From an uncultured Solirubrobacterales bacterium (GTDB lineage Bacteria > Actinomycetota > Thermoleophilia > Solirubrobacterales > Solirubrobacteraceae): 64,000 bases of DNA. This document shows positions 29,471-39,385 of this stretch, piece after piece. The notes beneath the pieces were generated by a model, which saw nothing but the letters and a program-made list of their open reading frames with translations, did not search any database and had not been told where the DNA came from. How positions within the stretch are numbered: position 1 is the first letter of the stretch; each line of letters begins with the position of its first letter. The translations under genes were made by a program, and so were the position numbers. Location: the NCBI GenBank assembly GCA_963705785.1, contig CAVPKV010000041.1, positions 53,612 to 117,611 on the forward strand. Direction: 5' to 3'.

Positions 29471-32098
29471 TCAGGGCAGTGCGCAGGTCCCGTTCCACCC
29501 GCCCGCGAAGTACGGCGGGCCGGCCAGCTGACCTGTGGTGCTGAGCTGCTGGACCGGATCGGTCACGTAGCCGTCCACTCCGGTGATCAGCCCGTTCACG
29601 TCGAAAAGCGCGCCCTTCTGGTCTTGGGCCGCGCAGGAGCGTCGCGGGCCCTCGTGCGGATCGTGGTTCTTCGCCGTGTCAGGTGGGGGCACGTCCGAGG
29701 GTGGCGGCGGATCGGTGCCGTACGGGGAGGCACCGTCGGGCCCCGAGTCGAAGATCGCGATCGCCGAGCCGTCGAAGGGGTAGTGGGTGATCGGCGCGAT
29801 GTCCCAGAGCGGGGCGTCGGGGTTGTAGCAGTAGTTCCCATCAACCGGGTCGTTGCCATCGTTTCCGGGCTCGTCGCTGCATAGGCGGCTGGCCAGCAGC
29901 GCCTCGCCGCCGCCGAGCCGGTTGGAGGCCGCCGGGCCGCCGACCGCCTGGGCCCCGATCGTCCGTGCCTCGTCGAACGCGGTGATGTTCGCGACCTGGT
30001 GGTCACCCCAGGCGACCTGCATGAGCACGTGGTGATCCGGGGTGCCGGCCGGGCATCGGCTCTTCTCCGCCGCCGCCGCTACCACGCCTTCTGCGGTGCA
30101 GTCAGGAAGAAGTCCACCGATCGCGGTCGAGGTCATGTGCCCGGCGTAGCCGTCCGGGTCGGCCCGGTCCCACAGCGTCGAGAGCAGGTCGATGATCAGC
30201 TGGCGCTGCCCCTGGTCCGGATAGAAGGAGTCGAGCAGGTTGGAGTAGCCGATGTCGTTGTAAGCGTTCGTCGGGTCGTAGGACGACGGGTTCGCGGCCA
30301 ACTGCTGTAGCTCCTGTTCCACGACCTGGGGCACCGTGTTGTGAGCGACGTAGTCCGACGAGCGCGGGAGCAGGACCGGGTAATCCATCCCCGGGACGCC
30401 GAGGGCGCATCGGCGCACGTCGATCGAGATCGCGCAGACAGTCCCGCCGTAGATCCCGCCCTGGCTGTTGCCGTCGTAGTTGACGCCGTCGTTCAGATTG
30501 ATGAACGACTTGCCGTCCGAGTACTGGAAGGCCGCGTTGGTGGCAAAGCCGCGTGGGCTGATCTCGAGCCGTGCCAGGTAGAGGAAGTTCAGCTCACCCT
30601 GCTCGGTGCGGTCGACCAGGATCGGGAACAACGACAGGTCAGACAGCGCGAGTACGGCGTTCGGGACATCGGCGTTGGCAAAGCCGAACCAGTTGGTCGC
30701 GCAGTACATCATCCCTTCGCGATTCGCCATCTCCGTCTGCGGGGAGGAGTTGACCTCGGAGTCGCTTCCGAACAGCCCGTGCCCGTACTCCGCCGGGCGC
30801 AGCGTCTGCTGGTTCTCGAACCCCGTCCGGCCCACATTGCAGATGAAGCCGGCCTGGTAGGTCTGGCCGGGCACCTGGGATGGGTCGGCGTTCGGATCAG
30901 TGGGCTTGGTGTAAAGGAACTCCCCGGGCGAGGGGCAGTCATCGACCGGGCTCTGACTGCTGATCTGGTCGCACTTCTCCGGTGGCGAGCAGGTCGGGGC
31001 GATGTAGCACGGGACGGTGAAGGTGCCCGTGATCTGGCGCGCCACGTTCGAGTTCTGGGCAGGGGTGTAGTTCGTGACCGACGAGACGGTGAACGCCGGC
31101 GCCTGGCCGACGTCCCGGCCGGCGTCGATCTGGGCCTTGGTCTCACCGAGCTGCTCAAACGCGTCGTCCCGGATCGCGAGCATCCGGCCGGTGACGTTCT
31201 GGGTAGATGCCGTGGTGAAGTCCCAGGCCAGGTACAGATCCTTCGGGTTGGTTGAGATGGTCCAGCCGGCCTCCTTGAGGTCGGCGAACACTCGGTCCAT
31301 GTGACGGGCCCGCGGGTCCCCGTCGGTGGCGTGGTGCAGGAAGTTGCGAACGTAGGCCGCAAAGGCCGCCGACTGCGGCGCGTCGCTTCCATTGTCGGTG
31401 GTGAGGTGACGCAGGGCCACGATGTAGCGGTGGCCGTCGAGAAGGTTCATCGCCGGGTGGATGATCAGGTCCTGCTGGACCGGCGTGGTGGTGCCCGAGG
31501 GGATGACGCCCGCCTCGGAGGTGTACTGGTCGATCTCAGTCCAGGTCGGCCAGACCTTGCCGGTGGTCGCGTCGAGGAGCACGACCCCGAGGTTCGACTC
31601 GCTGTTGGTCTCAATGTTCAGGTCGGTGGGCAGCCGCGAGGCGCCCAGGTCGGAGTTCTCGGTCATGCCCGGGACGACGGTCAGGATCTCCGAACCGGCG
31701 CTGAACCCGTCGCTGGCGTTCCACGCGGAGGGATCGATCGGCTTGCCCGCGATGTTGCGCGGCATGGCCAGGACGTTGAGGTCGAGCCTGCGTCCGGTCG
31801 CGCTCGTCGGGTCAGGGCGGGTGAACCAGTCGTTCGGGTAGGGCAGCATGCACTGCGCTGAGTCGATCGGATCGCAGCCTTGCAAATTGGTCGCAGAGCC
31901 GGGGTTGGATGGGTCTGACCAGCCGCCCCACTGGTCGGTGTCGTGGTTGATCCATCGGTGGGAGGCGGGCTTCGCCGGTCTGTTCGCCGCAAGGGCGGGG
32001 CCGGCGAGCCAGAGGAGGGCGAGCACGGGCACGACGAGCAGAGCCGCCCGGCCACTCCTCAACGAGATACGAGTTGTAAAAAAGGTCACAAACGGCAT
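29471..32098 (-). CDS. Large secreted alpha/beta-hydrolase-fold protein (start uncertain)
   Basis: Signal/TM segment; LPYPNDWF N-terminal motif; YGHGLFG, GNSQGG nucleophile elbow, GDHQVAN, DPH. Confidence 0.75.
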   Translation of the reverse strand: MPFVTFFTTRISLRSGRAALLVVPVLALLWLAGPALAANRPAKPASHRWINHDTDQWGGWSDPSNPGSATNLQGCDPIDSAQCMLPYPNDWFTRPDPTSATGRRLDLNVLAMPRNIAGKPIDPSAWNASDGFSAGSEILTVVPGMTENSDLGASRLPTDLNIETNSESNLGVVLLDATTGKVWPTWTEIDQYTSEAGVIPSGTTTPVQQDLIIHPAMNLLDGHRYIVALRHLTTDNGSDAPQSAAFAAYVRNFLHHATDGDPRARHMDRVFADLKEAGWTISTNPKDLYLAWDFTTASTQNVTGRMLAIRDDAFEQLGETKAQIDAGRDVGQAPAFTVSSVTNYTPAQNSNVARQITGTFTVPCYIAPTCSPPEKCDQISSQSPVDDCPSPGEFLYTKPTDPNADPSQVPGQTYQAGFICNVGRTGFENQQTLRPAEYGHGLFGSDSEVNSSPQTEMANREGMMYCATNWFGFANADVPNAVLALSDLSLFPILVDRTEQGELNFLYLARLEISPRGFATNAAFQYSDGKSFINLNDGVNYDGNSQGGIYGGTVCAISIDVRRCALGVPGMDYPVLLPRSSDYVAHNTVPQVVEQELQQLAANPSSYDPTNAYNDIGYSNLLDSFYPDQGQRQLIIDLLSTLWDRADPDGYAGHMTSTAIGGLLPDCTAEGVVAAAAEKSRCPAGTPDHHVLMQVAWGDHQVANITAFDEARTIGAQAVGGPAASNRLGGGEALLASRLCSDEPGNDGNDPVDGNYCYNPDAPLWDIAPITHYPFDGSAIAIFDSGPDGASPYGTDPPPPSDVPPPDTAKNHDPHEGPRRSCAAQDQKGALFDVNGLITGVDGYVTDPVQQLSTTGQLAGPPYFAGGWNGTCALP

Positions 32099-32188
32099 AA
32101 CGCTGAGCGGCAGCAAATCTTTCGACGATCGAAGCGTCGCGGCCCCCACAAGGTGGAAACCCTCCCAGGGTCCCTCGATTCAGGTCGC

Positions 32189-34825
32189 CTACGTAGTCGC
32201 CGCGCGCCGGGTGGCGTACTCGTCCGCTAGGGCGAGCGCGAGGTCGATTAACTCCTCGCGTTCAAGATCGCGCCCTCGACGCTGCGCCTGCGCGGCGGCC
32301 TGGCTGCCGAGACGGGTTTGCGCGGCAGCCATCAGCTGAATGTCTCTGTCGGGCGCGGGTGCGAGGGTCTCGCGCACCCAGCGTGCGCCTTCCCGGTCGA
32401 TGTTGGCTTCGACTCCTGCGTCCAGCTCAATGGCGGCTGCGTCCTCACCCAGCCCGGCCAATGCGCGAGCGATCTCGGAGCACACGAACAGTCCGTTGAT
32501 GGGCATCAGCCGGGCCCCGCGCAGCGTCTGTGCGTAGCGGTGGAGGGCGACGTCGAACTCAGCGCGGGCCATCGCGATGTCTCCCGAACAGGTCGTGGCG
32601 CACATCGAGATGAACGACCCGTCGAGTCGCGAATCGGCAAGGATCTCAGAGATGATCGGATCGGCTTCCTCGCTGCGCCCCAATTGGTAGTGATGCAGAG
32701 CAAGCTCGCCCTCCAGCAGCGCCCATAGCTGCGGGTTCACCTCGACGGGCGGAAGTGCGAGCGCCGCTTGGAGCAGGTCACCGACGCGCTCGTCGACGAT
32801 CCCGGACTGGTAAAGCAGGTGTGCCTGTACCGCGCACGCAACCGCTTCGCGCGTGTGATCGCCGAGCCTTCGCCTGCAGTCCGCCGCTTTGCCGACAGCC
32901 GCGAATGCTCCTTCGACGTCGTCCTGGCTTGAAAGAACCATCCCGTGGGCCATGTGCATCCGGGCGGAAGGGTCGTCGCATTCGACGATCGGGAGCGCTT
33001 TGAGGATCTCCTCAGCGATGGTCGCGATGCGGTTTGCCAGGTAGTACGGGACTCCAAGCGCTCCGATCAGCCTCCGGTGCAGCTCGAGGTCGTGCTGGAG
33101 GCTCCACCGAACGGCGGTGCTGTATTCGTCGGTCAGCTCCAACGTCCGCGCCGTCAGGGCAGGGGTTTCAAAGAAGAACCGATCATCGATTGCATCCGCC
33201 TCGTCAGCGAGCATCAGGGCATGCCTTCGGTGGCGGTCATGCTCTGCGCCCTGATGGACGAGCAGAGCCTGGGCGTAGGCCCGGACCGGCTCGGCCATCG
33301 CAAGGCGTCCGTCGCCGCGGATCCTGACCAGGGCGAAGTCGAGCAAGGACGCCGTCGCCTCCCATACGTCGAGCTCATCGCTGAGCATCGTCTCCGTCTG
33401 CTCGATCGTCCAGGCTCCGGCGAACACCGCCAGCGCGGCGAGCAGGCGCCGTGGCTCCTCGTCCAGTAGCGAGACGGTGTAGTCCAGTGCGGCTCGCAGG
33501 CCGCGCTGGCGCTCGGGCAGATCACGGGCACCCGATCCCAGCGCGTCGATCCCCCGCTCGAGTGCAGCGAGCAGACGCCGTGGTCCGCCGATCCGCACTC
33601 GTGCGGCGGCGAGCTCGAGCGCGAGCGGAAGTCCGTCGAGCCGCCGGCACAGCTCCGCCACGGCCGGCGCATCGCCTGGCGCAAGCGCAAACGACGCGTC
33701 TGCTGCCTGGGCCCGCTCCAGGAACAGCGACGCCGCCGGAACCCGCTCCAAAGCGGCGATGTCGTGCTCTCCCGCAGACGGCACCTCGAGCGGCGCCAGC
33801 GGCATCACTACCTCGGACGTTAGGCGAAGCGGCGCCTGGCTGGTCACGAGCAGCCGCACTCTCGGGGCCGCCTCCAACAGGTTCGATAGCACCGGTGCGG
33901 CGTCGAGCAAGTGCTCCATGTTGTCGACGATCACGAGCAGTTCGCGCCTCGCCAGGTGGGAGGCAATGGCGGTTTCGGGATCGTGGCCGTCCACGATCGC
34001 GGCACCGAGCGCATCGGCGATCGCGAGGGCGACGTCGTCCGGCCGCTTAGCTGATGCCAGCCGAACCAGAAACACGCCATCGCTGAACGCATCAAGCAAT
34101 TCGGTCCCGCAGGCCAAAGCGATTCTCGTTTTCCCGCTGCCGCCGACACCCGTCACGGTCAATAGCCTCGTCTCGCCCGTTAACGCCGCCCGCATCTCAG
34201 CCAGCACTCGCTCCCGGCCGATCAAGCGGTTCCGCAGGGACGGCAAATTCGTCCGCGCGCGAGCAAGCGTTCTTGGCGGCGGGAACTGCTCCGCCCCCAC
34301 CCCTCCAAGCCGAAGATGAAACAGCCGGCGCGGCATCACGAAGTCCTTCAGCCCGTGCTCGCCGAGATCGTCGACGGCAACATCCGCCACGAGCGCGCGC
34401 GTCGACTCGCTCAACAACACCTGGCCGCCGTGGGCGGCGGCGCATAGCCGCGCGGCATAGTGAACGTCCCTTCCCCAGTAGTTGTTGTCCCTCAGCCGCG
34501 GCGACCCCGTGTGCACGCCCATCCGCACGCGTAAGCGGCCGCCGTGGGGCCAACAGTCGGCGCCGAGCGCTGACTGCGCTTCGGTTGCGGCTGCGGCTGC
34601 CTGCGCCGCATCCGCAAATGCGACGAAGAAAGCGTCACCTTCGGTATCCACCACCACCCCACCGTGCGCCGTCCAGATCTGCCTCAACAGGCGGTCGTGC
34701 TCATCCAGGACGTCCCCATAGAGATCCCCGATCTCGTGTAGCAACTGCGTTGACCCCTCGATGTCGGTGAACAGCAATGTCACCGTTCCCTCAGGCAGTC
34801 GGGGTTGGTCACTCACAGCCATCAC
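32189..34825 (-). CDS. Class III adenylate/guanylate cyclase domain + NB-ARC-like STAND ATPase + helical repeat protein
   Basis: LFTDIEGST, EGDAFF, VRMGVHTG, AARL; Walker A GVGGSGKT, IVDNMEH, DGLPLALELAAAR; no LuxR HTH. Confidence 0.9.
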   Translation of the reverse strand: MMAVSDQPRLPEGTVTLLFTDIEGSTQLLHEIGDLYGDVLDEHDRLLRQIWTAHGGVVVDTEGDAFFVAFADAAQAAAAATEAQSALGADCWPHGGRLRVRMGVHTGSPRLRDNNYWGRDVHYAARLCAAAHGGQVLLSESTRALVADVAVDDLGEHGLKDFVMPRRLFHLRLGGVGAEQFPPPRTLARARTNLPSLRNRLIGRERVLAEMRAALTGETRLLTVTGVGGSGKTRIALACGTELLDAFSDGVFLVRLASAKRPDDVALAIADALGAAIVDGHDPETAIASHLARRELLVIVDNMEHLLDAAPVLSNLLEAAPRVRLLVTSQAPLRLTSEVVMPLAPLEVPSAGEHDIAALERVPAASLFLERAQAADASFALAPGDAPAVAELCRRLDGLPLALELAAARVRIGGPRRLLAALERGIDALGSGARDLPERQRGLRAALDYTVSLLDEEPRRLLAALAVFAGAWTIEQTETMLSDELDVWEATASLLDFALVRIRGDGRLAMAEPVRAYAQALLVHQGAEHDRHRRHALMLADEADAIDDRFFFETPALTARTLELTDEYSTAVRWSLQHDLELHRRLIGALGVPYYLANRIATIAEEILKALPIVECDDPSARMHMAHGMVLSSQDDVEGAFAAVGKAADCRRRLGDHTREAVACAVQAHLLYQSGIVDERVGDLLQAALALPPVEVNPQLWALLEGELALHHYQLGRSEEADPIISEILADSRLDGSFISMCATTCSGDIAMARAEFDVALHRYAQTLRGARLMPINGLFVCSEIARALAGLGEDAAAIELDAGVEANIDREGARWVRETLAPAPDRDIQLMAAAQTRLGSQAAAQAQRRGRDLEREELIDLALALADEYATRRAATT

Positions 34826-34937
34826 CGCACAACGAGAAGCTACCAGCGGCCCCCGCCCTCATCCTGGCCCCTGATTTAGCGGCGGCGACGGAGTGGGAGA
34901 GCGCCCTGAGCCGAGACGATGGACCTATCCTCCGTGT

Positions 34938-35816
34938 ATGGGTCTGTCTGGCCATGCCTCTCTTGATCGGGTCGGCGTGATCGGGGGCGGGATCATGGGT
35001 ACCGGCATCGCCGAGGTCTGCGCCCGTGAGGGGCTCGATGTGGTACTCGTGGAGATCGATTCGGGGGCTGCCGGACGTGCCCGGGGGAACCTTGAGCGGT
35101 CACTCGACCGGGCCGTGAGCCGGGGCAAGCTCGAACGCGATCAGGCCGCTCACACTTTGGACGGGGTGCGCTTCACCAGCGACCTGAAGCAGGTCGCCGA
35201 TCGCCAGATCGTGATCGAGGCGGTCATCGAGCACAAAGCAACGAAACTCGAGGTGTTCCGCCAGCTTTCGGGACTTGTCGAGGACGGTCAAGCCATCCTG
35301 GCGTCCAATACCTCTTCAATCCCGATCGTGGAACTCGCGGCCGAGTGCCGCGAGCGCGGAGGGCACGTGATCGGTCTGCATTTCTTCAACCCGGTCCCTG
35401 TGCTCTCTCTCGTGGAGGTGATCCCGTCGCTGCTCACCGATGCTGCCGTGGCCGAGCGGGCGCTCGAGTTCGTCAGAACGCAGCTCCACAAGGACCCGAT
35501 TGTCGCTCCGGACCGCGCCGGCTTCACGGTAAACGCTCTCCTGATCCCCTATCTACTGGCGGCCATCCGGATGTTCGAGCAGGGGCTGGCTTCGGCTGAG
35601 GACATCGACGAGGGCATGGTCAAGGGTTGCGCGCATCCGATGGGCTCGCTGGCACTGGCCGACCTGATTGGCCTGGATACCGTGATGGCAGTTGCCGAGA
35701 GCCTCTACGGCGAGCACCGCGAGCAGCTGTTTGCCCCACCCCCGTTGCTTCAGCGACTTGTCGCCGCTGGACTGCTGGGCCGAAAGACCGGCCGAGGCCT
35801 TTACAGCTACGGCTAG
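34938..35816 (+). CDS. 3-hydroxybutyryl-CoA dehydrogenase (FadB2-like)
   Basis: GVIGGGIMGTGIA, IEAVIE, ASNTSSIPI, GLHFFNPVP, HPMG; TATCCT-N6-ATG leaderless start. Confidence 0.92.
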   Translation: MGLSGHASLDRVGVIGGGIMGTGIAEVCAREGLDVVLVEIDSGAAGRARGNLERSLDRAVSRGKLERDQAAHTLDGVRFTSDLKQVADRQIVIEAVIEHKATKLEVFRQLSGLVEDGQAILASNTSSIPIVELAAECRERGGHVIGLHFFNPVPVLSLVEVIPSLLTDAAVAERALEFVRTQLHKDPIVAPDRAGFTVNALLIPYLLAAIRMFEQGLASAEDIDEGMVKGCAHPMGSLALADLIGLDTVMAVAESLYGEHREQLFAPPPLLQRLVAAGLLGRKTGRGLYSYG

Positions 35817-35841
35817 CTCTCGTCGAGAACTGAGCGGCTGG

Positions 35842-37114
35842 CTACCTCTCGCCGGCCACGGCGAAGTTCAGCTCGTCCCCGAGGAGCGTCGTGCGCGCTG
35901 GGGCCGTCTCGGCGATCACGCGGCCCCGACGGATGACGTAACGGCGGGTCGCGCGCAGGCTGATGACGTCGATCGGAGTCTTGGCGTCGAAGATGACGCA
36001 GTCGGCAGGCTTTCCCTCCTCGATCCCGTACTGATCCTCGACGCCGAGGGTCCGGGCGCCACGTTCGGTGGCGAGCCGGAGCATCTCGGTGATCTCCTCG
36101 CGGCCGCTCATGTAGGTGAAATGCAGCGCGAGATGGGCGGCGTCGATCAGGTCGGCGGTGCCCATCGGGTACCACGGATCGATGATCACGTCGTTGCCGA
36201 GCGACACGTTGACACCGTCGGTGAGCAGCTCCTTCAACTGAGCGAAGCCCCGGCGCTTCGGGTAGGGGTCCAGGCGGCCCTGGATCAACGAGTTGGCGTA
36301 CGGGTTGACGACGATGTTGATCCCCGACCGGCGCAGGAACCCGCGCAGCTTCGAGGAGTAGTACGGCTCATAGGAGCCCATCGCGGTGCAGTGGCTCGCG
36401 GTCACGCGGCCGGCGAGGCCGCTCTTGACGGTGTTGTCGGCCATCACCTCGAGATACCGCGAGGTCGGGTCATCGGTCTCGTCGCAGTGGATGTCGACCC
36501 GGCGGTTGTTTGCCTTCGCGAGCTCGAAGACACGGTGCACCTCGCGAAGGCCGAGCTCTGCCGTCGGCTCGTAATGGGGGATGCCGCCGACGCAGTCGAC
36601 GCCGAGGCGGATTGCCGCCTCGAGCCGCCGCTCGTCGCCTTCATTTGCGTAGAGCCCGTCCTGCGGGAACGCGGTCACCTGGATGGTGCACAGCTCAGCC
36701 AGCTCGTCACGCACACGCAGGAGCCCCCGGACCATCGCGTCGTTCTCGCCCGACACGTCCGCGTGCGCCCGGATCCAGAGCGTGCCCTGGGCGGCGGACC
36801 AGCGGACGATCTCGCTGGCCCGCTCGAAGACATCCTGCTCGGTCAGCGTCGGCTTCAACTCCCCCCAAACCTCGATCCCCTCGATCAGGGTCCCGCTCTG
36901 GTTGAATCGCGGACGCCCCGCGGTCAGCGACGCATCGAGGTGCAGGTGGCAGTCGACGAGGGGCGCTGTTACAAGCCGCCCATCGAGCGTCGATCACGTT
37001 CGCTGCGTCGAGGTCCAGCGAGGGTCCGATCCGCACAAAGCGCGTGCCCTGCGCCGCTATGTCGACCAGCGGACCGTCGAGCAGCCGCGCGTTGCGAACA
37101 ATCAGATCGACCAT
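35842..37114 (-). CDS. codA: Cytosine deaminase-like amidohydrolase; frameshift near 36988
   Basis: DCHLHLD, NQSGTLIEGI, AFPQDG, GGIPH, IHCDE, TASHCTAM, DPWYP. Confidence 0.88.
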
Positions 37115-37130
37115 CCGGGCGGCCGGCCGG

Positions 37131-38582
37131 TCAGGACGGCTGCGGCGCTGGCACCTCGGATGCTTCGTCGGGAATCACCAGCGCTTCCGAGCGCCGGTCG
37201 CCGCTGAGCTTGAAGAAGATCGCGTACAGGACCGCGCTCAGCACGAACCCGACCTCGAACGTCAGGTCGCCGATCGATGGGTTGTGCTTGGCGATCACGC
37301 CGACGTACTCGGTCTGGTTGGAGAACAGCGGGATCGAGATGCCCATGCCGATCAGCATCGCCAATGCCCCGGCCCACGGGTTGTGCTTGCGGTCGAACAG
37401 GAACCCGTCCACACGCTGGCCACGACGCAGCACCCAGTCCGCGAAGAACACGCCGAGCCAGGGCCCGATCCAATACGAGATCACGAGCAGGAAGTTTTCG
37501 TAATCGGTGGCCGCGTTGTGCAGGCCCGTCCCGGCCACGATGAAGCCGATCGACCCGAAGCCGAGCGCAACGATCGCGCGGCGCCACTTCAGCGGCAGCC
37601 GGATGCCTGTGGACAGGAACGACATGACGCCGGAGTAGACATTCAGCGCGTTGGCTGCGACCGCTCCGACCGCGATCGCGATCAACGTGATGTCGGCGAC
37701 CGCGGTCGACATATGTGAGGTGAACAGCGCCGTGGGGTTGGAGTTCGACCCCGGGATCGTCGCCGACGCCGCGCCGACGATCTCAAGGGCGACGCACGAT
37801 ACGAATACACCCGCCCCAGACCACAGCCCGGCGCTGCGGCCCGTCCCAGGCTTGAAGTAACGGGTGTAATCGGAGGCGAAGGGGTTCCACCCGGCGGCGT
37901 ATCCGAAGGTGGCCCCAACGCTGAGGAGGAAGCCTCCGATCCCCCCGCTCGAGTGCCATGCTCCCGGATGGCTCTTGGAGAGGATCACCACCGAGGCGAT
38001 CACGAAGGCCACGCCGAGGAGGGGCAGCATCCACCGCTCGAAGACCTGAATGAGGTTGTGGCCGTAGAAGGCCAGCGTTGTCTGGGCAATCCCGACGATC
38101 ACGAGGCACACCCAGTCGTTGATCCCCAGGAGGGCGTTCAGCGCGAGCGCGCCGCTGACGCTGTTGACGGCGAACCAGCCGATCCCGGCCGTCACCGAGT
38201 TCAGCCCGGCGGGCAGGATGTTGCCCAGCCACCCGAAGGAGATCCGGCTCTGGACCATCTGCGGGACGCCGAATCCGGGGCCACGGCTGCTCAGGTAGCC
38301 GTGAGCGAGCGAGCCGAGCCCGGTTCCCAGGACGATCGCCAGGACCGCGGCCCAGAACGATTGGCCGAAGAACGAGACGGAGATGACCCCGACGAAGATC
38401 GTCGCGAACTCGAGATTCGGCGACGTCCAGGTCCCAAACAGCGTCCGTGTCTTCCCGTGCCGCTCGGACAGCGGAATGAACTCCGCGCCCCCGGGCTCAA
38501 CCGCCGCGACAGCGTCGCCATACGTGCCCTCGCGAACCTCAGCGGGCACCTCTATAGCCGTCTGCGAATCGAGAACCGCCAT
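37131..38582 (-). CDS. Purine-cytosine permease (NCS1 family)
   Basis: VEPGGAEFIPLSERHG, WTSPN, QMVQSR, ASDYTRY, NALNVYS; ~12 TM. Confidence 0.9.
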   Translation of the reverse strand: MAVLDSQTAIEVPAEVREGTYGDAVAAVEPGGAEFIPLSERHGKTRTLFGTWTSPNLEFATIFVGVISVSFFGQSFWAAVLAIVLGTGLGSLAHGYLSSRGPGFGVPQMVQSRISFGWLGNILPAGLNSVTAGIGWFAVNSVSGALALNALLGINDWVCLVIVGIAQTTLAFYGHNLIQVFERWMLPLLGVAFVIASVVILSKSHPGAWHSSGGIGGFLLSVGATFGYAAGWNPFASDYTRYFKPGTGRSAGLWSGAGVFVSCVALEIVGAASATIPGSNSNPTALFTSHMSTAVADITLIAIAVGAVAANALNVYSGVMSFLSTGIRLPLKWRRAIVALGFGSIGFIVAGTGLHNAATDYENFLLVISYWIGPWLGVFFADWVLRRGQRVDGFLFDRKHNPWAGALAMLIGMGISIPLFSNQTEYVGVIAKHNPSIGDLTFEVGFVLSAVLYAIFFKLSGDRRSEALVIPDEASEVPAPQPS

Positions 38583-38742
38583 GACCTCACCCTCCTTGTT
38601 GAAGCGCGGGCGAAGCTATCACGGCCTTGCTCGGCCGTCGAGACAAAAGCAACCAAATTCGGAAATCCGGTTGAGGAGCCCGTCCCTCGTTCAGGTGCGG
38701 GACATGGGTCTCTTAGGGGCAGGCGATCGAGCGCTTCATGGG

Positions 38743-39312
38743 CTAGCCGGGAGCTTGATTGATCGAGAGTGAGCTCGGCTCCGTGTTCACACACGCTTTC
38801 ATGGCGTGCTGGAACTGCGGCGCTTGTTGGTCGATCGTGGACGGGAGGGTGAACGCGCCGTCGCGGTCGACGTCCGGAAAGCTCGGTACTCCGTGGGAGC
38901 GCATGCAGTCCGCGAACGGGAGGTCCTGGGCTCGGTCCCGGGCGCCGATAGCCGGCTTTCCACCATTGGGCAGTAGGTCGTGGCAGGCATGGTCGGCTGA
39001 CTTGAACGCGGGGGAGGCGGGGTTGGCGGTGCCGGGGGAGATGTGGACCTGCACGCTGTTACCTGAGCTCGACACCTGGGGGTCCGGATAGCCGGGCACT
39101 CCGCGTGAGCGCATGCAAACCGCGAAGGCCACGAACTGCTTGCCGAGATTCGCTCCCGCGGTTGGCCGATTGGCGGAACCGGCCGACGAGCTGCCTCCGC
39201 AGCCCGAGATCAGGAGGCCGACCGCGATCAGGCCCGGGAGATACCGAAAGGCGCGCCGAGCGTGCCACATGGCTCGAGGTGGTTTGATCGTGTGTCTGCC
39301 GGCTGGCTTCAT
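38743..39312 (-). CDS. Cys-rich lipoprotein with two FAxCMRSxGVPxF/YPD repeats
   Basis: Lipobox ISGC; FAVCMRSRGVPGYPDP...ACH and FADCMRSHGVPSFPD...ACV. Confidence 0.85.
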   Translation of the reverse strand: MKPAGRHTIKPPRAMWHARRAFRYLPGLIAVGLLISGCGGSSSAGSANRPTAGANLGKQFVAFAVCMRSRGVPGYPDPQVSSSGNSVQVHISPGTANPASPAFKSADHACHDLLPNGGKPAIGARDRAQDLPFADCMRSHGVPSFPDVDRDGAFTLPSTIDQQAPQFQHAMKACVNTEPSSLSINQAPG

Positions 39313-39340
39313 TTCGCCTCGCTTCAAGTTGGTGGGGCCG

Positions 39341-39374
39341 GTTGTAGACGGCGAGGCGTAACAACGGGATAACG
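39341..39374 (-). promoter_or_regulatory. Direct repeat CGTTAT-N5-TGTTAC, then N11 and TACAAC
   Basis: 11-bp period; same geometry as the sites at 41254-41288 and 41328-41361. Confidence 0.6.
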
Positions 39375-39385
39375 CCCGAGCGATG

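Noticed and set aside
35692-37503. Long plus-strand ORF (603 aa) and similar antisense or alternate-frame ORFs, including the upstream part of 42516-44975
   Set aside because: Shadow ORFs typical of high-GC DNA that overlap well-supported genes
38583-38742. Riboswitch upstream of the NCS1 permease
   Set aside because: Hairpins are present but no TPP or purine aptamer consensus; more likely the lipoprotein terminator plus a promoter
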